From: a virus
Lineage: Duplodnaviria; Heunggongvirae; Uroviricota; Caudoviricetes
DNA: 18,127 nt
Direction: 5' to 3' (one strand)
Virus record (IMG/VR): IMGVR_UViG_3300014539_000123
The notes under the pieces are model-generated. The model saw only the letters and a list, made by a program, of their open reading frames with translations, made no database searches and was not told where the DNA came from. Of the stretch, positions 1 to 8,797 are shown piece by piece. The first letter of the stretch is position 1, and each line of letters starts with the position of its first letter. The position numbers and the translations under genes were made by a program.

Positions 1-174
1 TCAGATTAAATTAATCTTGACATCATAGCTTTCAAGACCCGTCATTTTTTCCCGTGCGGTAAACTGAATACTGGTAACTTCTTTCCCGGTCTTTTTCTTA
101 AGTTCAATAATTTTTTTTGTTATATATTCAGAAATATCTGCTTCTGCTTTTGTTTTTAAGTTTTCAATATTCAT
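1..174 (-). CDS. gnsB: GnsA/GnsB-family small protein, 57 aa (MNIENLKTKAEADISEYITKKIIELKKKTGKEVTSIQFTAREKMTGLESYDVKINLI)
   Basis: Hand-translated from the minus strand; below the ORF-track size cutoff. Stop codon is the revcomp of positions 1-3. Two adjacent ATGs (172-174, 175-177); SD-like aagagga sits 4 nt before the second. C-terminal REKMTGLESYDVKI matches the Gns family as I recall it; position next to cspI fits gnsB. Confidence 0.7.
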   Translation of the reverse strand: MNIENLKTKAEADISEYITKKIIELKKKTGKEVTSIQFTAREKMTGLESYDVKINLI

Positions 175-345
175 CATTTCCTCTTTTAGTCTGTTATGAC
201 TTTCCAGTTACACAGTAAGTCGATTATATGGTGCAAACGTGTAAAAGATAAGATGAAACATCGCAATAATCAACATACGATAGTCTAAATTTTACACAAA
301 CAGACAAAGAGAATTTTCCTGAATTATCAATGCAATAGCATCAAA

Positions 346-576
346 TCAACTCAAGAGCCTTATTGCTGCTTCCAGAATTTCTTCTGAAGTAACATGTCGA
401 TCCGCGGCTACATAAATGACTTTATGATCTCCGGTCAGAGATGGAAACCCTGCGGCCATTACAGTAAGGTGTGTTTTTTCGCCATTTGGATATTCACGCA
501 TGATGGTGTTAACTCCAGTCATCGCTGGCACTACCACTGCTGGTTCAGAGTTAAAAAAAACTATGATTTTTTTCAT
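346..576 (-). CDS. small prophage protein, 76 aa from internal ATG (YmcE/YnfN-like by position)
   Basis: ORF track 346..618 begins with TTG; the first ATG (MKKIIVFF...) is at 576. Lies between gnsB and cspI like ynfN in K-12, but I do not recognise the sequence itself. Weak SD. Confidence 0.45.
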   Translation of the reverse strand: MKKIIVFFNSEPAVVVPAMTGVNTIMREYPNGEKTHLTVMAAGFPSLTGDHKVIYVAADRHVTSEEILEAAIRLLS

Positions 577-620
577 GATGTTACCGTAGTATGTGAGTAT
601 CCATCGAATAGACACCAAGC

Positions 621-640
621 AAAAAAGCTCCCGAAGGAGC
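621..640 (-). terminator. intrinsic terminator candidate downstream of cspI (hairpin gctcc-cgaa-ggagc followed by a T-run on the minus strand)
   Basis: Perfect 5-bp stem with 4-nt loop; A6 run at 621-626 on the plus strand becomes a U-tract after the hairpin on the minus strand. Confidence 0.45.
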
Positions 641-847
641 CTTCATTTTCACTTTTTCAAATCCAACGACAGACGGCTGGCATTTAAGTATTGTGAAATA
701 TTATCAAATGTAATCATCATTGATTTACAAAAGATACATTTTGCCCCGAAAGGATTCATGTCAGAAACATCAAAAGATGATGTTCTATACTGGGAACCAT
801 GACAACACGGGCATCTAAAGTGAATATGGTTTGTAATATTGTCTACC

Positions 848-1060
848 TCAAAGCGCCACTACATGAACAGCGGCAGGACCTTTAGGTCCGTTCTCAATAC
901 CAAATTCAACTTCCTGATTCTCAGTTAATGTTTTGAAATCGTTGCTCTGAATTGCTGAGAAATGGACAAACACATCTTTGCTGCCATCTTTCGGCGTGAT
1001 GAAACCAAAACCTTTTTCAGGGTTAAACCATTTCACTAAACCAGTCATTTTGTTAGACAT
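848..1060 (-). CDS. cspI: cold shock protein CspI (CspA family, 70 aa)
   Basis: [38 protein letters not shown]... carries the RNP1/RNP2 motifs of the CspA family. Upstream aaaggtaataatt-ATG resembles the cspA translation-initiation region. A roughly 360-nt upstream gap is consistent with a long csp 5' UTR. Confidence 0.9.
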   Translation of the reverse strand: MSNKMTGLVKWFNPEKGFGFITPKDGSKDVFVHFSAIQSNDFKTLTENQEVEFGIENGPKGPAAVHVVAL

Positions 1061-1422
1061 AATTATTACCTTTTGAAGAAATTAGCCCTTGGGCAGAATG
1101 GTCCGAAAAAAAATATCAGAGAGAAAAACCAACAAGGAAATCTCAAGAGGTACAAATAATAAAATTATAACAATGACTGCTTCAGATAAATTTGTAACAA
1201 ACCAGAACACCATTAACGCATGATTAACCACCCATAGCAAGGATTACTTTTGTAAAGAAAAACACAGCAATGAAAGAATAGCTTTATTTATTAATAAAAC
1301 GTGTCATTCTGATTAAGACCTTTTATCTTACCCTTAAGATTTCAGGAATTTTGGCTCATGGAAGAGTCCTTTTTATTTAAATTTTACATTCCGCGATGTA
1401 AATGTTCCGATTTAATATTACC

Positions 1423-2446
<1,024 letters not shown>

Positions 2447-2450
<4 letters not shown>

Positions 2451-2758
2451 AGATATTTATGATGAGGACGCTCGTGCTTATTGGCAGGATTTTCAATCTT
2501 AAAGGAGTACTGATGCTGCAGATAAGACTCAACTTTTTCTGACAATTTTTCTGCTACTTCCAGGAAGACTTGCCGGACGCTCCTTCTGGCTGCTGCCTCA
2601 TAAAACTCCAGCGCAGCTCCTTCAACACGGTCCATGGCGACATCCAGGTCAAAAATTTCACCGTCAAAGCGTTCTTTGTCCTGTAAGGCTACAGTTACCG
2701 TAACTTTATTCTCAAAATTACGGACTCCTTTCACAACCAGTTCATAGTCTTGAGTCAT
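2447..2758 (-). CDS. ydfR: YdfR-like protein of unknown function (103 aa) inside the lysis cassette
   Basis: ATG start at 2756-2758; 4-nt overlap with rrrQ. Sequence and length match my recollection of K-12 YdfR. Function unknown. Confidence 0.75.
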
Positions 2759-2762
2759 TGGA

Positions 2763-2978
2763 TTACTCTCCTCTCGCAGCCTTACGCCTGTCTTCTTTAA
2801 TCTTGAAATAAAGATTTGTCAGATACGTCAGCAGGCCAAAAACCAGGCTACCCAGCACACCGATTGCAGCCCACTGTGACGGAGTTACTTTATCGAGTAA
2901 CTGCAATGCCCAGAAACCAGCATTACCCGCCGATGTGCCATAGGCAACACCTGTTGTTAACTTATCCATTGATTTCAT
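2763..2978 (-). CDS. essQ: phage-21-type pinholin with dual-start motif (71 aa; MKSMDKL...)
   Basis: ORF track 2763..3053 is a longer upstream extension. ATGs at 2976-2978 and 2967-2969 give the Met-Lys-x-Met dual-start arrangement of holin/antiholin pairs. Two hydrophobic segments and a charged C-terminus ([13 protein letters not shown]). SD gtgagg upstream. Confidence 0.8.
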   Translation of the reverse strand: MKSMDKLTTGVAYGTSAGNAGFWALQLLDKVTPSQWAAIGVLGSLVFGLLTYLTNLYFKIKEDRRKAARGE

Positions 2979-3197
2979 ATCCTCACCCCGATGTACACGG
3001 ATGGTGCAATATGTTTGAAAAGATCGGAGTCTACGGGGTAGTTTTGACAGCACACGTTGTTCTCAACGGCGCTAAAAAAACATACACATTAAAAATGTGG
3101 GTAATTATTTTGAAAGAAAGTCATATATAAAATAATAATACGAGAAATGTTTTCATATTTAGTGTACTGTATACGGCCATTTATACAGGAAAAGCCT

Positions 3198-3368
3198 ATG
3201 TCAGAACGTAAAAACTCAAAATCACGCCGTAATTATCTCGTTAAATGTTCCTGCCCAAACTGCACCCAAGAGTCAGAACACAGTTTTTCAAGAGTACAAA
3301 AAGGTGCCCTTTTGATCTGCCCTCATTGCAACAAAGTATTCCAGACAAATCTTAAAGCTGTAGCCTGA
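3198..3368 (+). CDS. ynfU: small zinc-ribbon protein, 56 aa (C-x-C-P-x-C ... C-P-H-C), YnfU-like
   Basis: ORF track 3147..3368; internal ATG at 3198 preceded by agga (8-nt spacing) gives MSERKNSKSRRNYLVKCSCPNCTQESEHSFSRVQKGALLICPHCNKVFQTNLKAVA. Two Cys pairs suggest a Zn ribbon. Symbol from recall of a 56-aa Qin zinc-binding protein, not verified. Confidence 0.5.
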   Translation: MSERKNSKSRRNYLVKCSCPNCTQESEHSFSRVQKGALLICPHCNKVFQTNLKAVA

Positions 3369-3420
3369 TTGATTTTATTAGTAACAAGTATTTTTTATAT
3401 TTTAATAATATATTTAAAGC

Positions 3421-3450
3421 AGATAATAAAAAACCCGCCTGAGCGGGTTT
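3421..3450 (-). terminator. intrinsic terminator (hairpin aaacccgc-ctga-gcgggttt; U-tract on the minus strand)
   Basis: 8-bp perfect stem, 4-nt loop. A-run 3426-3433 on the plus strand gives a T-run immediately 3' of the hairpin on the minus strand. May work weakly in the plus direction for ynfU. Confidence 0.6.
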
Positions 3451-3731
3451 GAGATTGTGGTGCTTTTTGTGGGAGTCATCCACTTACGCACTTTGTTTTG
3501 CCATGCCAGCAGTTAGCTTCTGCTGTAAAACTATTCATGCAGCAAACCTGCACTTCACCACAATGGTTAGCATACTTTTCCTGATTAAGATTTTGCCAAA
3601 TATGCTAGCCATTGTTTCATGTATTGGACCTCCTTACTTTTTATTAAAGAGATCCAATATTCACTACTCTGTCCGTATCTCTACTCAGGCATCAGCCTTC
3701 TTCGTTATCGTATACAGACGAGCGATGAATT

Positions 3732-3947
3732 TTAATCAGTAATGATGACATTTGCTGCTGCAGGACCTTTAGCACCACTCTCTATAGAGAAGGTAACCTT
3801 TTGACCTTCAAATAAGGTTCGATAATTATCATTCTGAATCGCAGAAAAATGCACAAACACATCTTTACTACCATCAACAGGAGAAATAAAGCCGAAACCT
3901 TTATCAGCGTTAAACCATTTTACTAAACCAGTCATTTTATTTGACAT
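3732..3947 (-). CDS. cspB: cold shock protein CspB (CspA family, 71 aa)
   Basis: [45 protein letters not shown]... is a CspA-family sequence matching CspB as recalled. SD aagga upstream. Confidence 0.9.
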   Translation of the reverse strand: MSNKMTGLVKWFNADKGFGFISPVDGSKDVFVHFSAIQNDNYRTLFEGQKVTFSIESGAKGPAAANVIITD

Positions 3948-4247
3948 TCTACATTCCTTAACTTGAGCCTTTCGGCATAAATGGTTTGCATAACAGAAAC
4001 GACTTCGTACTTAATTGGAGAGACTCAAAGAAGGAATAAGTGAATAACACCTGAAATGAGAACTGCTTTAGTAAACTACTTCGTATATCGTCTGTTCTTC
4101 AAACCGACGCAATCATTAACGCATAGTTGAACATATGAAGCAATGTTTATTTTAGACATCCAGCCATCTTCAACCCCATCAAAAAACTATAGCTTTCTTC
4201 AGGAACGTGTGTATAGTGCGCCAAGTTATCAGTATTAAGGAATTTTT

Positions 4248-4460
4248 TTGTCCCGTAAAATGACAGGAATTGTCAAAACCTTTGACGGCAAAAGCGGCAA
4301 GGGTCTTATCACCCCATCCGATGGTCGTATCGATGTCCAGCTTCATGTTTCAGCGCTCAATCTCCGCGATGCAGAAGAAATTACCACCGGATTACGCGTG
4401 GAATTTTGCCGGATAAATGTTCTGCGTGGCCCTTCAGCTGCCAATGTTTACCTTTCATGA
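4248..4460 (+). CDS. cspF: cold shock protein homolog CspF (70 aa), probable TTG start
   Basis: [34 protein letters not shown]... Codon 4248-4250 is TTG with SD aagga 6 nt upstream. The first ATG (4260) would drop the MSRK residues that align with MSNK of CspB/CspI. Confidence 0.85.
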   Translation: MSRKMTGIVKTFDGKSGKGLITPSDGRIDVQLHVSALNLRDAEEITTGLRVEFCRINVLRGPSAANVYLS

Positions 4461-4514
4461 GCTATATTAAAGCTTTAATTTCAGGCCCCATCGGATCACA
4501 CATGGAGAGTTTTT

Positions 4515-4604
4515 ATGAATAACCCCGTCTGTCTTGATGACTGGTTGATTGGCTTTAAAAGCTTATGCTGTACTTTGGCCGTAATAGCTCTGCTAATAAT
4601 ATAA
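4515..4604 (+). CDS. candidate small hydrophobic protein, 29 aa ([29 protein letters not shown])
   Basis: Hand-translated; not in the ORF track because of size. SD ggagag sits 5 nt before ATG 4515; stop TAA at 4602-4604. C-terminal half is strongly hydrophobic and could span a membrane. No homolog recognised. Confidence 0.3.
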
Positions 4605-4752
4605 TAAGCAGACTCATTGTGTTTAGGGACATTGTACTGGAAGAAAACATTTTAAACATCAGGCAAATAACCAAGTCACCAGCTAAATAATAAGTTAACA
4701 GACATGAGTCCCGGGATGAGATTCAACATTACCATTGCCCCATTTAAAGCAC

Positions 4753-4786
4753 AAAACCCGCTCATCAGCGGGTTTTCTACTTTTTC
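4753..4786. terminator. bidirectional intrinsic terminator (aaaa-cccgc-tcatca-gcggg-tttt), candidate late terminator downstream of the Q gene
   Basis: GC stem flanked by A4 on one side and a T-rich tract (ttttctactttttctt) on the other. Could terminate cspF on the plus strand and the short late leader transcript on the minus strand. Confidence 0.6.
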
Positions 4787-4821
4787 TTAACGTCGGGTAT
4801 ACAAAGCCCATCGTTGAAAAA

Positions 4822-4850
4822 ATTTTATCCATATTTTTTGAAAAATGCAA
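4822..4850 (-). promoter_or_regulatory. candidate late promoter just downstream of quuQ (minus strand -35 TTGCAT, 17-nt spacer, -10 TAAAAT)
   Basis: Minus-strand reading: ttgcat-N17-taaaat. Located 30-60 nt after the quuQ stop and about 50 nt before the terminator hairpin, the arrangement expected for a lambdoid late promoter and qut region. Confidence 0.4.
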
Positions 4851-4881
4851 ACATCATGTCGCCATCTTCAGCAAAAATCAT

Positions 4882-5634
4882 TTATCTCGTCACCTTCCTC
4901 AATTGCGCTTCCGCGTATGCTTCTTCCTGCCAGCACTTTGTTACCAGTTTACCAATGACGTCCGCATACCCCTTATACCACTGATAATCGGTCAGGTCTG
5001 GTACCAGCTTCTGGACATGACGTCGTGCCAGCGTGGTCGGTAAACGACTAAACCGGTTTCCATTACAACGCCCACAAATCTTATATACCGGTACGCCATG
5101 AAACCGGGTTCTTTTTTCATCCAGAACAATCCCTTTACCCTTACACCCTCTGCACGCTGTGCTGGCTTCGCCCTTACCATGGCAATGCTGACATAGTTCC
5201 TTCACCCATTCTTCCTTGATTACAGATTCCCCGCGTCTGTAGTGTTTCACCACTTCGCGCAATACATTATAAAATCCCGTACCTGAACAATGCTCACAGC
5301 GAGCCTTACTTGCCGCAGACCTGGAGTAATCAGCAAAGGCAAAACTCACGAGGTAAGGAATAATCTGTAACCGGATTTCTTCACTCAATTTGTTCAATGT
5401 CGGGTTATCCAGTGCCATCGCGTAATTTAGCAGGCCTTCAATCGCAAACTGAGGGTCCTGAACACCAACTTTTGCCAGAAATAAGGCCAACCCAAGTGGT
5501 GCTTTCGACTGCACCATCCCCTGCGCTGCCATTACATCCGTAATTGTTAAACAACCGGTGCCTGTCGCTGGAGCGTCATCGCTCAATTTTGGAGATTTTG
5601 GGGAGTAATATTTTGGTAAGGCTTCAAGGTTCAT
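4882..5634 (-). CDS. quuQ: late-gene antiterminator Q homolog (250 aa from ATG at 5634)
   Basis: ORF track 4882..5664; ATG at 5632-5634 is preceded by SD ggag at 7 nt. Cys-rich motifs (CEHCSGTG, CQHCHGKGEASTACRGCKGKG, CGRCNG) suggest zinc binding. Position upstream of the late promoter and lysis genes matches Q. Confidence 0.8.
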   Translation of the reverse strand: MNLEALPKYYSPKSPKLSDDAPATGTGCLTITDVMAAQGMVQSKAPLGLALFLAKVGVQDPQFAIEGLLNYAMALDNPTLNKLSEEIRLQIIPYLVSFAFADYSRSAASKARCEHCSGTGFYNVLREVVKHYRRGESVIKEEWVKELCQHCHGKGEASTACRGCKGKGIVLDEKRTRFHGVPVYKICGRCNGNRFSRLPTTLARRHVQKLVPDLTDYQWYKGYADVIGKLVTKCWQEEAYAEAQLRKVTR

Positions 5635-5647
5635 GCTCGTTCTCCAC

Positions 5648-6697
5648 TTACGCCAGTACGCCAATTGCCAGCGCGCGATCGATAAAACGAAATATCAGCT
5701 CCAGTTGGGAGCCATACTTATCTTCAAATGCCACTGTATCCGTATGCAGCTCGTTGTGATGCTTTCTGCACAAAGGCAACACAAAGAGATCATGTGCTTT
5801 TGTTCCCATTCCGCCCTGCCCGTGACCAATCAGATGATGCGGATCGTCGGCTGGCATACCGCAGCAAGCACACGGCTGTGTCTTAACCCAACGTGTGTAT
5901 TTCTCCTTAACCCAGCGGCGACGTTTAGGCAGCTTCATGAAAGATTCCGGAGACTCTGGATCAACGGTGATGCTTACCACCGTCTTTTCCTGTGGTGATT
6001 TTTGTTGCTGGTGGGCGTAAGGCAACGGTGCAAGATTTTTTGTGCGTTGTTTCAATATGCTGGTGGCGGTCTGCTCTCCCGGTACGATGTCGCTTTCGCG
6101 GTACACCGAGCAGATTTTTTCCGCTGGTAATCCCAGCGAACGACGCGATACAGCCTCAGGTAGTGCATCCACCACCTGATTGCAGACCGCCCACCAGGAT
6201 AATTCAGCCAAAGATAATTCCCGCTCCTGCGTACCGCTTATTGCGTGACGGATGACGTCAATCACCCATGCTGTCAGATTTTGTTGAGCAAGCAGCTCCA
6301 GTGATTCCGATGTCTGGTCACGCAGTTGGTTGTCGCAGTGCCAGCACAACACCATTGCGCCGGTACCATAACGGTGAATGACTGTTTCAGTGTGATGGTA
6401 ATCGCCATTAGGCCACTGGCAGGATGTAACATGACGTAATAGCCAGTCGGACAATGCGCCAACGCCGCCAGCAGCACGAATCACCCGTTCGTTACTAAAA
6501 AACGGCAGCAATGTTTTGTCTCCCGCCAGCGGCTGGCGAACGGCAGGAACGACTCCGGATGGCAGATTACGCATGCTTTTTGGTTCCGGTTCCACCAGCA
6601 CTCGAGGATTATGAAATATCTGTATGGATTCACGGCCCGGCTTAAGGACCACCAGCCCAAGCTCAGGCACCAGAACAGGTCTAAGTAATACCCGCAC
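5648..6697 (-). CDS. ydfU: YdfU (DUF968-type) protein with C-terminal HNH-like Cys/His motif, 349 aa from GTG
   Basis: ORF track 5648..6736; GTG at 6695-6697 has a strong SD ggagg 5 nt upstream and gives 349 aa. C-terminus QPCACCGMPADDPHHLIGHGQGGMGTKAHDLFVLPLCRKHHNELH has HNH-like spacing. Sits where NinG is in lambda, just upstream of Q. Confidence 0.7.
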   Translation of the reverse strand: MRVLLRPVLVPELGLVVLKPGRESIQIFHNPRVLVEPEPKSMRNLPSGVVPAVRQPLAGDKTLLPFFSNERVIRAAGGVGALSDWLLRHVTSCQWPNGDYHHTETVIHRYGTGAMVLCWHCDNQLRDQTSESLELLAQQNLTAWVIDVIRHAISGTQERELSLAELSWWAVCNQVVDALPEAVSRRSLGLPAEKICSVYRESDIVPGEQTATSILKQRTKNLAPLPYAHQQQKSPQEKTVVSITVDPESPESFMKLPKRRRWVKEKYTRWVKTQPCACCGMPADDPHHLIGHGQGGMGTKAHDLFVLPLCRKHHNELHTDTVAFEDKYGSQLELIFRFIDRALAIGVLA

Positions 6698-6698
6698 G

Positions 6699-6977
6699 TT
6701 ACCTCCAGATCCGTTGCTGGAAAGTGCGGGACGCACGTGGTGGGCGTTCGGAATAAGGCAGCCTGACAGAGATTATCCAGTGCCGATAGTCGAGACTGAG
6801 AGCTTTCTTAACCTCGAACCCGCGCCTGCGGTAAGAATGAATCAGCCATTCGGCCTGTTCTGCAGTGCATGGAGGGTGCTGGAACCATTCAGACTTGAAT
6901 GCGTGAGAATACCGCCCGTGCGTGCAGGCAAGAACGGGCGAATTATCAGAATTGTAATATTTTGCGTTGCGTGCCAT
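6699..6977 (-). CDS. hypothetical protein, 92 aa, translationally coupled to ydfU
   Basis: ATG at 6975-6977 with SD ggag at 8 nt. Stop TAA is 1 nt before the ydfU GTG start and the ydfU SD lies inside this ORF. No recognisable family. Confidence 0.45.
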   Translation of the reverse strand: MARNAKYYNSDNSPVLACTHGRYSHAFKSEWFQHPPCTAEQAEWLIHSYRRRGFEVKKALSLDYRHWIISVRLPYSERPPRASRTFQQRIWR

Positions 6978-7043
6978 CGGTTTTCTCCGGTGGCACGGTG
7001 TTACTCAGCGGGAGTTCAGCCCCGCGCAAGATTGTAGATGAGT

Positions 7044-7295
7044 TTATTCTCCTGAAAAAGCAGAAAAGCCAGCTTTTATTCCGATCTCTTTCAATGCCTG
7101 TAATGAAGTGACAAACTCACCTTCGCGCAAGATAAATCCGTCCGTGACCCGAGCATCCACAAAATTAATTAACGCAGCCCCATTCTTTCGCAAACACATA
7201 ATGCGGTAATGACTAACAAGATTTCCATTTTCAACGCACACAGCATAGAGGCCATCTTCACAAAAAATTTTACGCAGTTCTTCGATGTTCATCAT
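7044..7295 (-). CDS. rem: Rem protein (83 aa), function unknown
   Basis: MMNIEELRKIFCEDGLYAVCVENGN... ATG at 7293-7295 with SD aagga 6 nt upstream. Matches K-12 Rem in size and position. Confidence 0.75.
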   Translation of the reverse strand: MMNIEELRKIFCEDGLYAVCVENGNLVSHYRIMCLRKNGAALINFVDARVTDGFILREGEFVTSLQALKEIGIKAGFSAFSGE

Positions 7296-7410
7296 CAGAA
7301 TCCTTCCGGATAATTAGCTCTCCCCTTTAAGGGACCATCCCTCTTATCCCTGCGCGCTACTTAAGTATTTTTGATTCTATTCCGGCACCGTCCAGAACTT
7401 CAAACGCGTT

Positions 7411-7441
7411 GAAAATAAAAACAAAAACCCGCCGAAGCGGG
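7411..7441 (-). terminator. intrinsic terminator of the relBE-hokD operon (cccgc-ttcg-gcggg + tttttgtttttatttt on the minus strand)
   Basis: Perfect GC stem with tetraloop followed by a long U-tract on the minus strand, about 70 nt after the hokD stop. Confidence 0.7.
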
Positions 7442-7511
7442 TTAAGTGCGGGTGCGTTGAGGATGCCTGCCACATCAGAGGTGGCGAGGGATTTCTCCCC
7501 CGCCGGGTCTC

Positions 7512-7667
7512 TTACTCCTCAGGTTCGTAAGCTGTGAAGACAGCGACCTCCGTCTGGCCGGTTCGGATTCGTACCTCGCAGAGGTCTTTCCTCGTTACCA
7601 GTGCCGTCACTATGACGGTTAAACAGATGACGATCAGGGCGATTAACATCGCCTTTTGCTGCTTCAT
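7512..7667 (-). CDS. hokD: Hok-family type I toxin HokD/RelF (51 aa)
   Basis: Hand-translated: MKQQKAMLIALIVICLTVIVTALVTRKDLCEVRIRTGQTEVAVFTAYEPEE. Single TM segment plus conserved Hok C-terminal region. Below the ORF-track cutoff. Lies downstream of relE. Confidence 0.85.
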   Translation of the reverse strand: MKQQKAMLIALIVICLTVIVTALVTRKDLCEVRIRTGQTEVAVFTAYEPEE

Positions 7668-7738
7668 AGCCTGCTTCTCCTGTCAACGCAAAGCAGAAGT
7701 GTCACCTTCGGTGCGAAACAGAGATGTCATGCTTTGGT

Positions 7739-8026
7739 TCAGAGAATGCGTTTGACCGCCTCGCTATATACTTCCGAGCGTTCTCTTTTCCCAACAGAAA
7801 TCACGAAAACGACAACTTTCTCGTCTATAACCTGGTATACAAGGCGATAGCCTGAAGACCGGAGCTTAATCTTGTAACAATCAGGCATACCACGGAGCTT
7901 GTTTGCTTCAATCCGGGGTGACTCAAGTACTTCAACCAGCTTCTTTTTCAACTGTTCACGTACCGTCGAGCCCAGCTTTCGCCATTCCTTTAGTGCCCGC
8001 TCGTCAAAATCCAGAAAATACGCCAT
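7739..8026 (-). CDS. relE: type II toxin RelE (mRNA interferase, 95 aa)
   Basis: MAYFLDFDERALKEWRKLGSTVREQLKKKLVEVLESPRIEANKLRGMPDCYKIKLRSSGYRLVYQVIDEKVVVFVISVGKRERSEVY matches RelE as recalled. ATGA overlap with relB stop. Confidence 0.9.
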   Translation of the reverse strand: MAYFLDFDERALKEWRKLGSTVREQLKKKLVEVLESPRIEANKLRGMPDCYKIKLRSSGYRLVYQVIDEKVVVFVISVGKRERSEVYSEAVKRIL

Positions 8027-8265
8027 CAGAGTTCATCCAGCGTCACACGTACTGGCTTAGGATTACGAAGCCGTTCTTTCACTATCTCCACAAGTTCAGC
8101 ATCTTCATCACTCAGGAGTGTCTGTTTGAACGGCAAGCGTTCATTGTCAGCAATATATTCAAGCATGAGGCGAAGCGCCTCAGAGGGAGTTACACCCATT
8201 TTTTCAAGCGCAGCGTAAGAACGCGCTTTAAGTTCATCGTCAATACGCAGGTTAATGCTACCCAT
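8026..8265 (-). CDS. relB: type II antitoxin RelB (79 aa)
   Basis: MGSINLRIDDELKARSYAALEKMGVTPSEALRLMLEYIADNERLPFKQTLLSDEDAELVEIVKERLRNPKPVRVTLDEL. SD agagg 8 nt upstream of ATG 8263-8265. Confidence 0.9.
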   Translation of the reverse strand: MGSINLRIDDELKARSYAALEKMGVTPSEALRLMLEYIADNERLPFKQTLLSDEDAELVEIVKERLRNPKPVRVTLDEL

Positions 8266-8275
8266 GTCTTACACC

Positions 8276-8302
8276 TCTTGTAATTACAAATGTCATTACA
8301 AG
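8276..8302. promoter_or_regulatory. relO-type operator: perfect palindrome TTGTAATTACAA (8278-8289) plus adjacent related half-repeat (tgtcattacaag)
   Basis: 12-bp perfect palindrome lies 13 nt upstream of the relB start, with a second TTGTAAT-like repeat next to it. RelB/RelBE is known to autoregulate through hexad repeats of this kind. Confidence 0.6.
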
Positions 8303-8595
8303 TATCGCACTACAACATGCTTAGGGCAAGTCACGAAGGAAGTCAGAAAGTAGTCGTAAGAACGGTGATCACTGTCCGCTTTGTGCCAGGAGCAGCCATT
8401 GCTAAGTCCATCCTGTATTGTGCAGGTCAGCTCGTTTTTAAAGAGTCTGGCCATCATCTTACTGGTACAGACACCATATACTTTGTGACGGTCAGGCTAC
8501 ATATGCACAACTCAACTTATTCATCTATTTTTTGCTTTAGCATGTCAGTGTTGCTTTCTCGTCGGCGGGTGAGCGGTGACCTGACCTGTCGATAA
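8290..8595 (+). CDS. ydfV: YdfV-like ORF (101 aa), uncertain protein-coding status
   Basis: ATG at 8290 overlaps the relO operator. Low-complexity composition and no clear SD. Kept only because a K-12 gene of the same length is annotated at this position. Confidence 0.3.
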   Translation: MSLQVSHYNMLRASHEGSQKVVVRTVITVRFVPGAAIAKSILYCAGQLVFKESGHHLTGTDTIYFVTVRLHMHNSTYSSIFCFSMSVLLSRRRVSGDLTCR

Positions 8596-8747
8596 AGGAA
8601 CGTAACACGTTTTATGCAACACCCGCATGCGGCAGAAAATTATTGCCGAACGTTTACCCCTGTCAACAAGCTTTACTTTCTGAGGCGCGCCAGCCCGCGA
8701 GGAAAACAATCTGAACATCAAACAATTAATGACACAAGAAATACGAT

Positions 8748-8774
8748 TAAAGATTTTTTTGTGCATGCCGATAG
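8748..8774 (+). promoter_or_regulatory. sigma-28 (FliA) class 3 promoter: TAAAG - 15 nt - GCCGATAG
   Basis: -35 TAAA at 8748-8751 and -10 GCCGATAG at 8767-8774 with exact 15-nt spacing, 24 nt upstream of flxA. Consensus is TAAA-N15-GCCGATAA. Confidence 0.6.
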
Positions 8775-8797
8775 TGCTTTTTTAAAAGGAGAAATCT

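Noticed and set aside
394-802. Plus-strand ORFs 394..687 and 593..802
   Set aside because: They overlap the minus-strand ynfN-like gene and the terminator region, have no SD, and have Cys/His/Arg-rich odd composition. Likely chance frames.
3449-3742. Plus-strand ORF 3449..3742 (97 aa), and an 11-codon minus-strand mini-ORF (about 3585-3620) with a strong aaggagg SD
   Set aside because: The 97-aa frame is Cys/Phe-rich with no SD and lies in the cspB 3' region. The mini-ORF encodes only MKQWLAYLAKS; it is too short to call without conservation or ribosome data.
7534-7850. Plus-strand ORFs 7534..7755 and 7656..7850 overlapping hokD and relE
   Set aside because: The opposite strand encodes recognisable HokD and RelE, so these are antisense chance frames.
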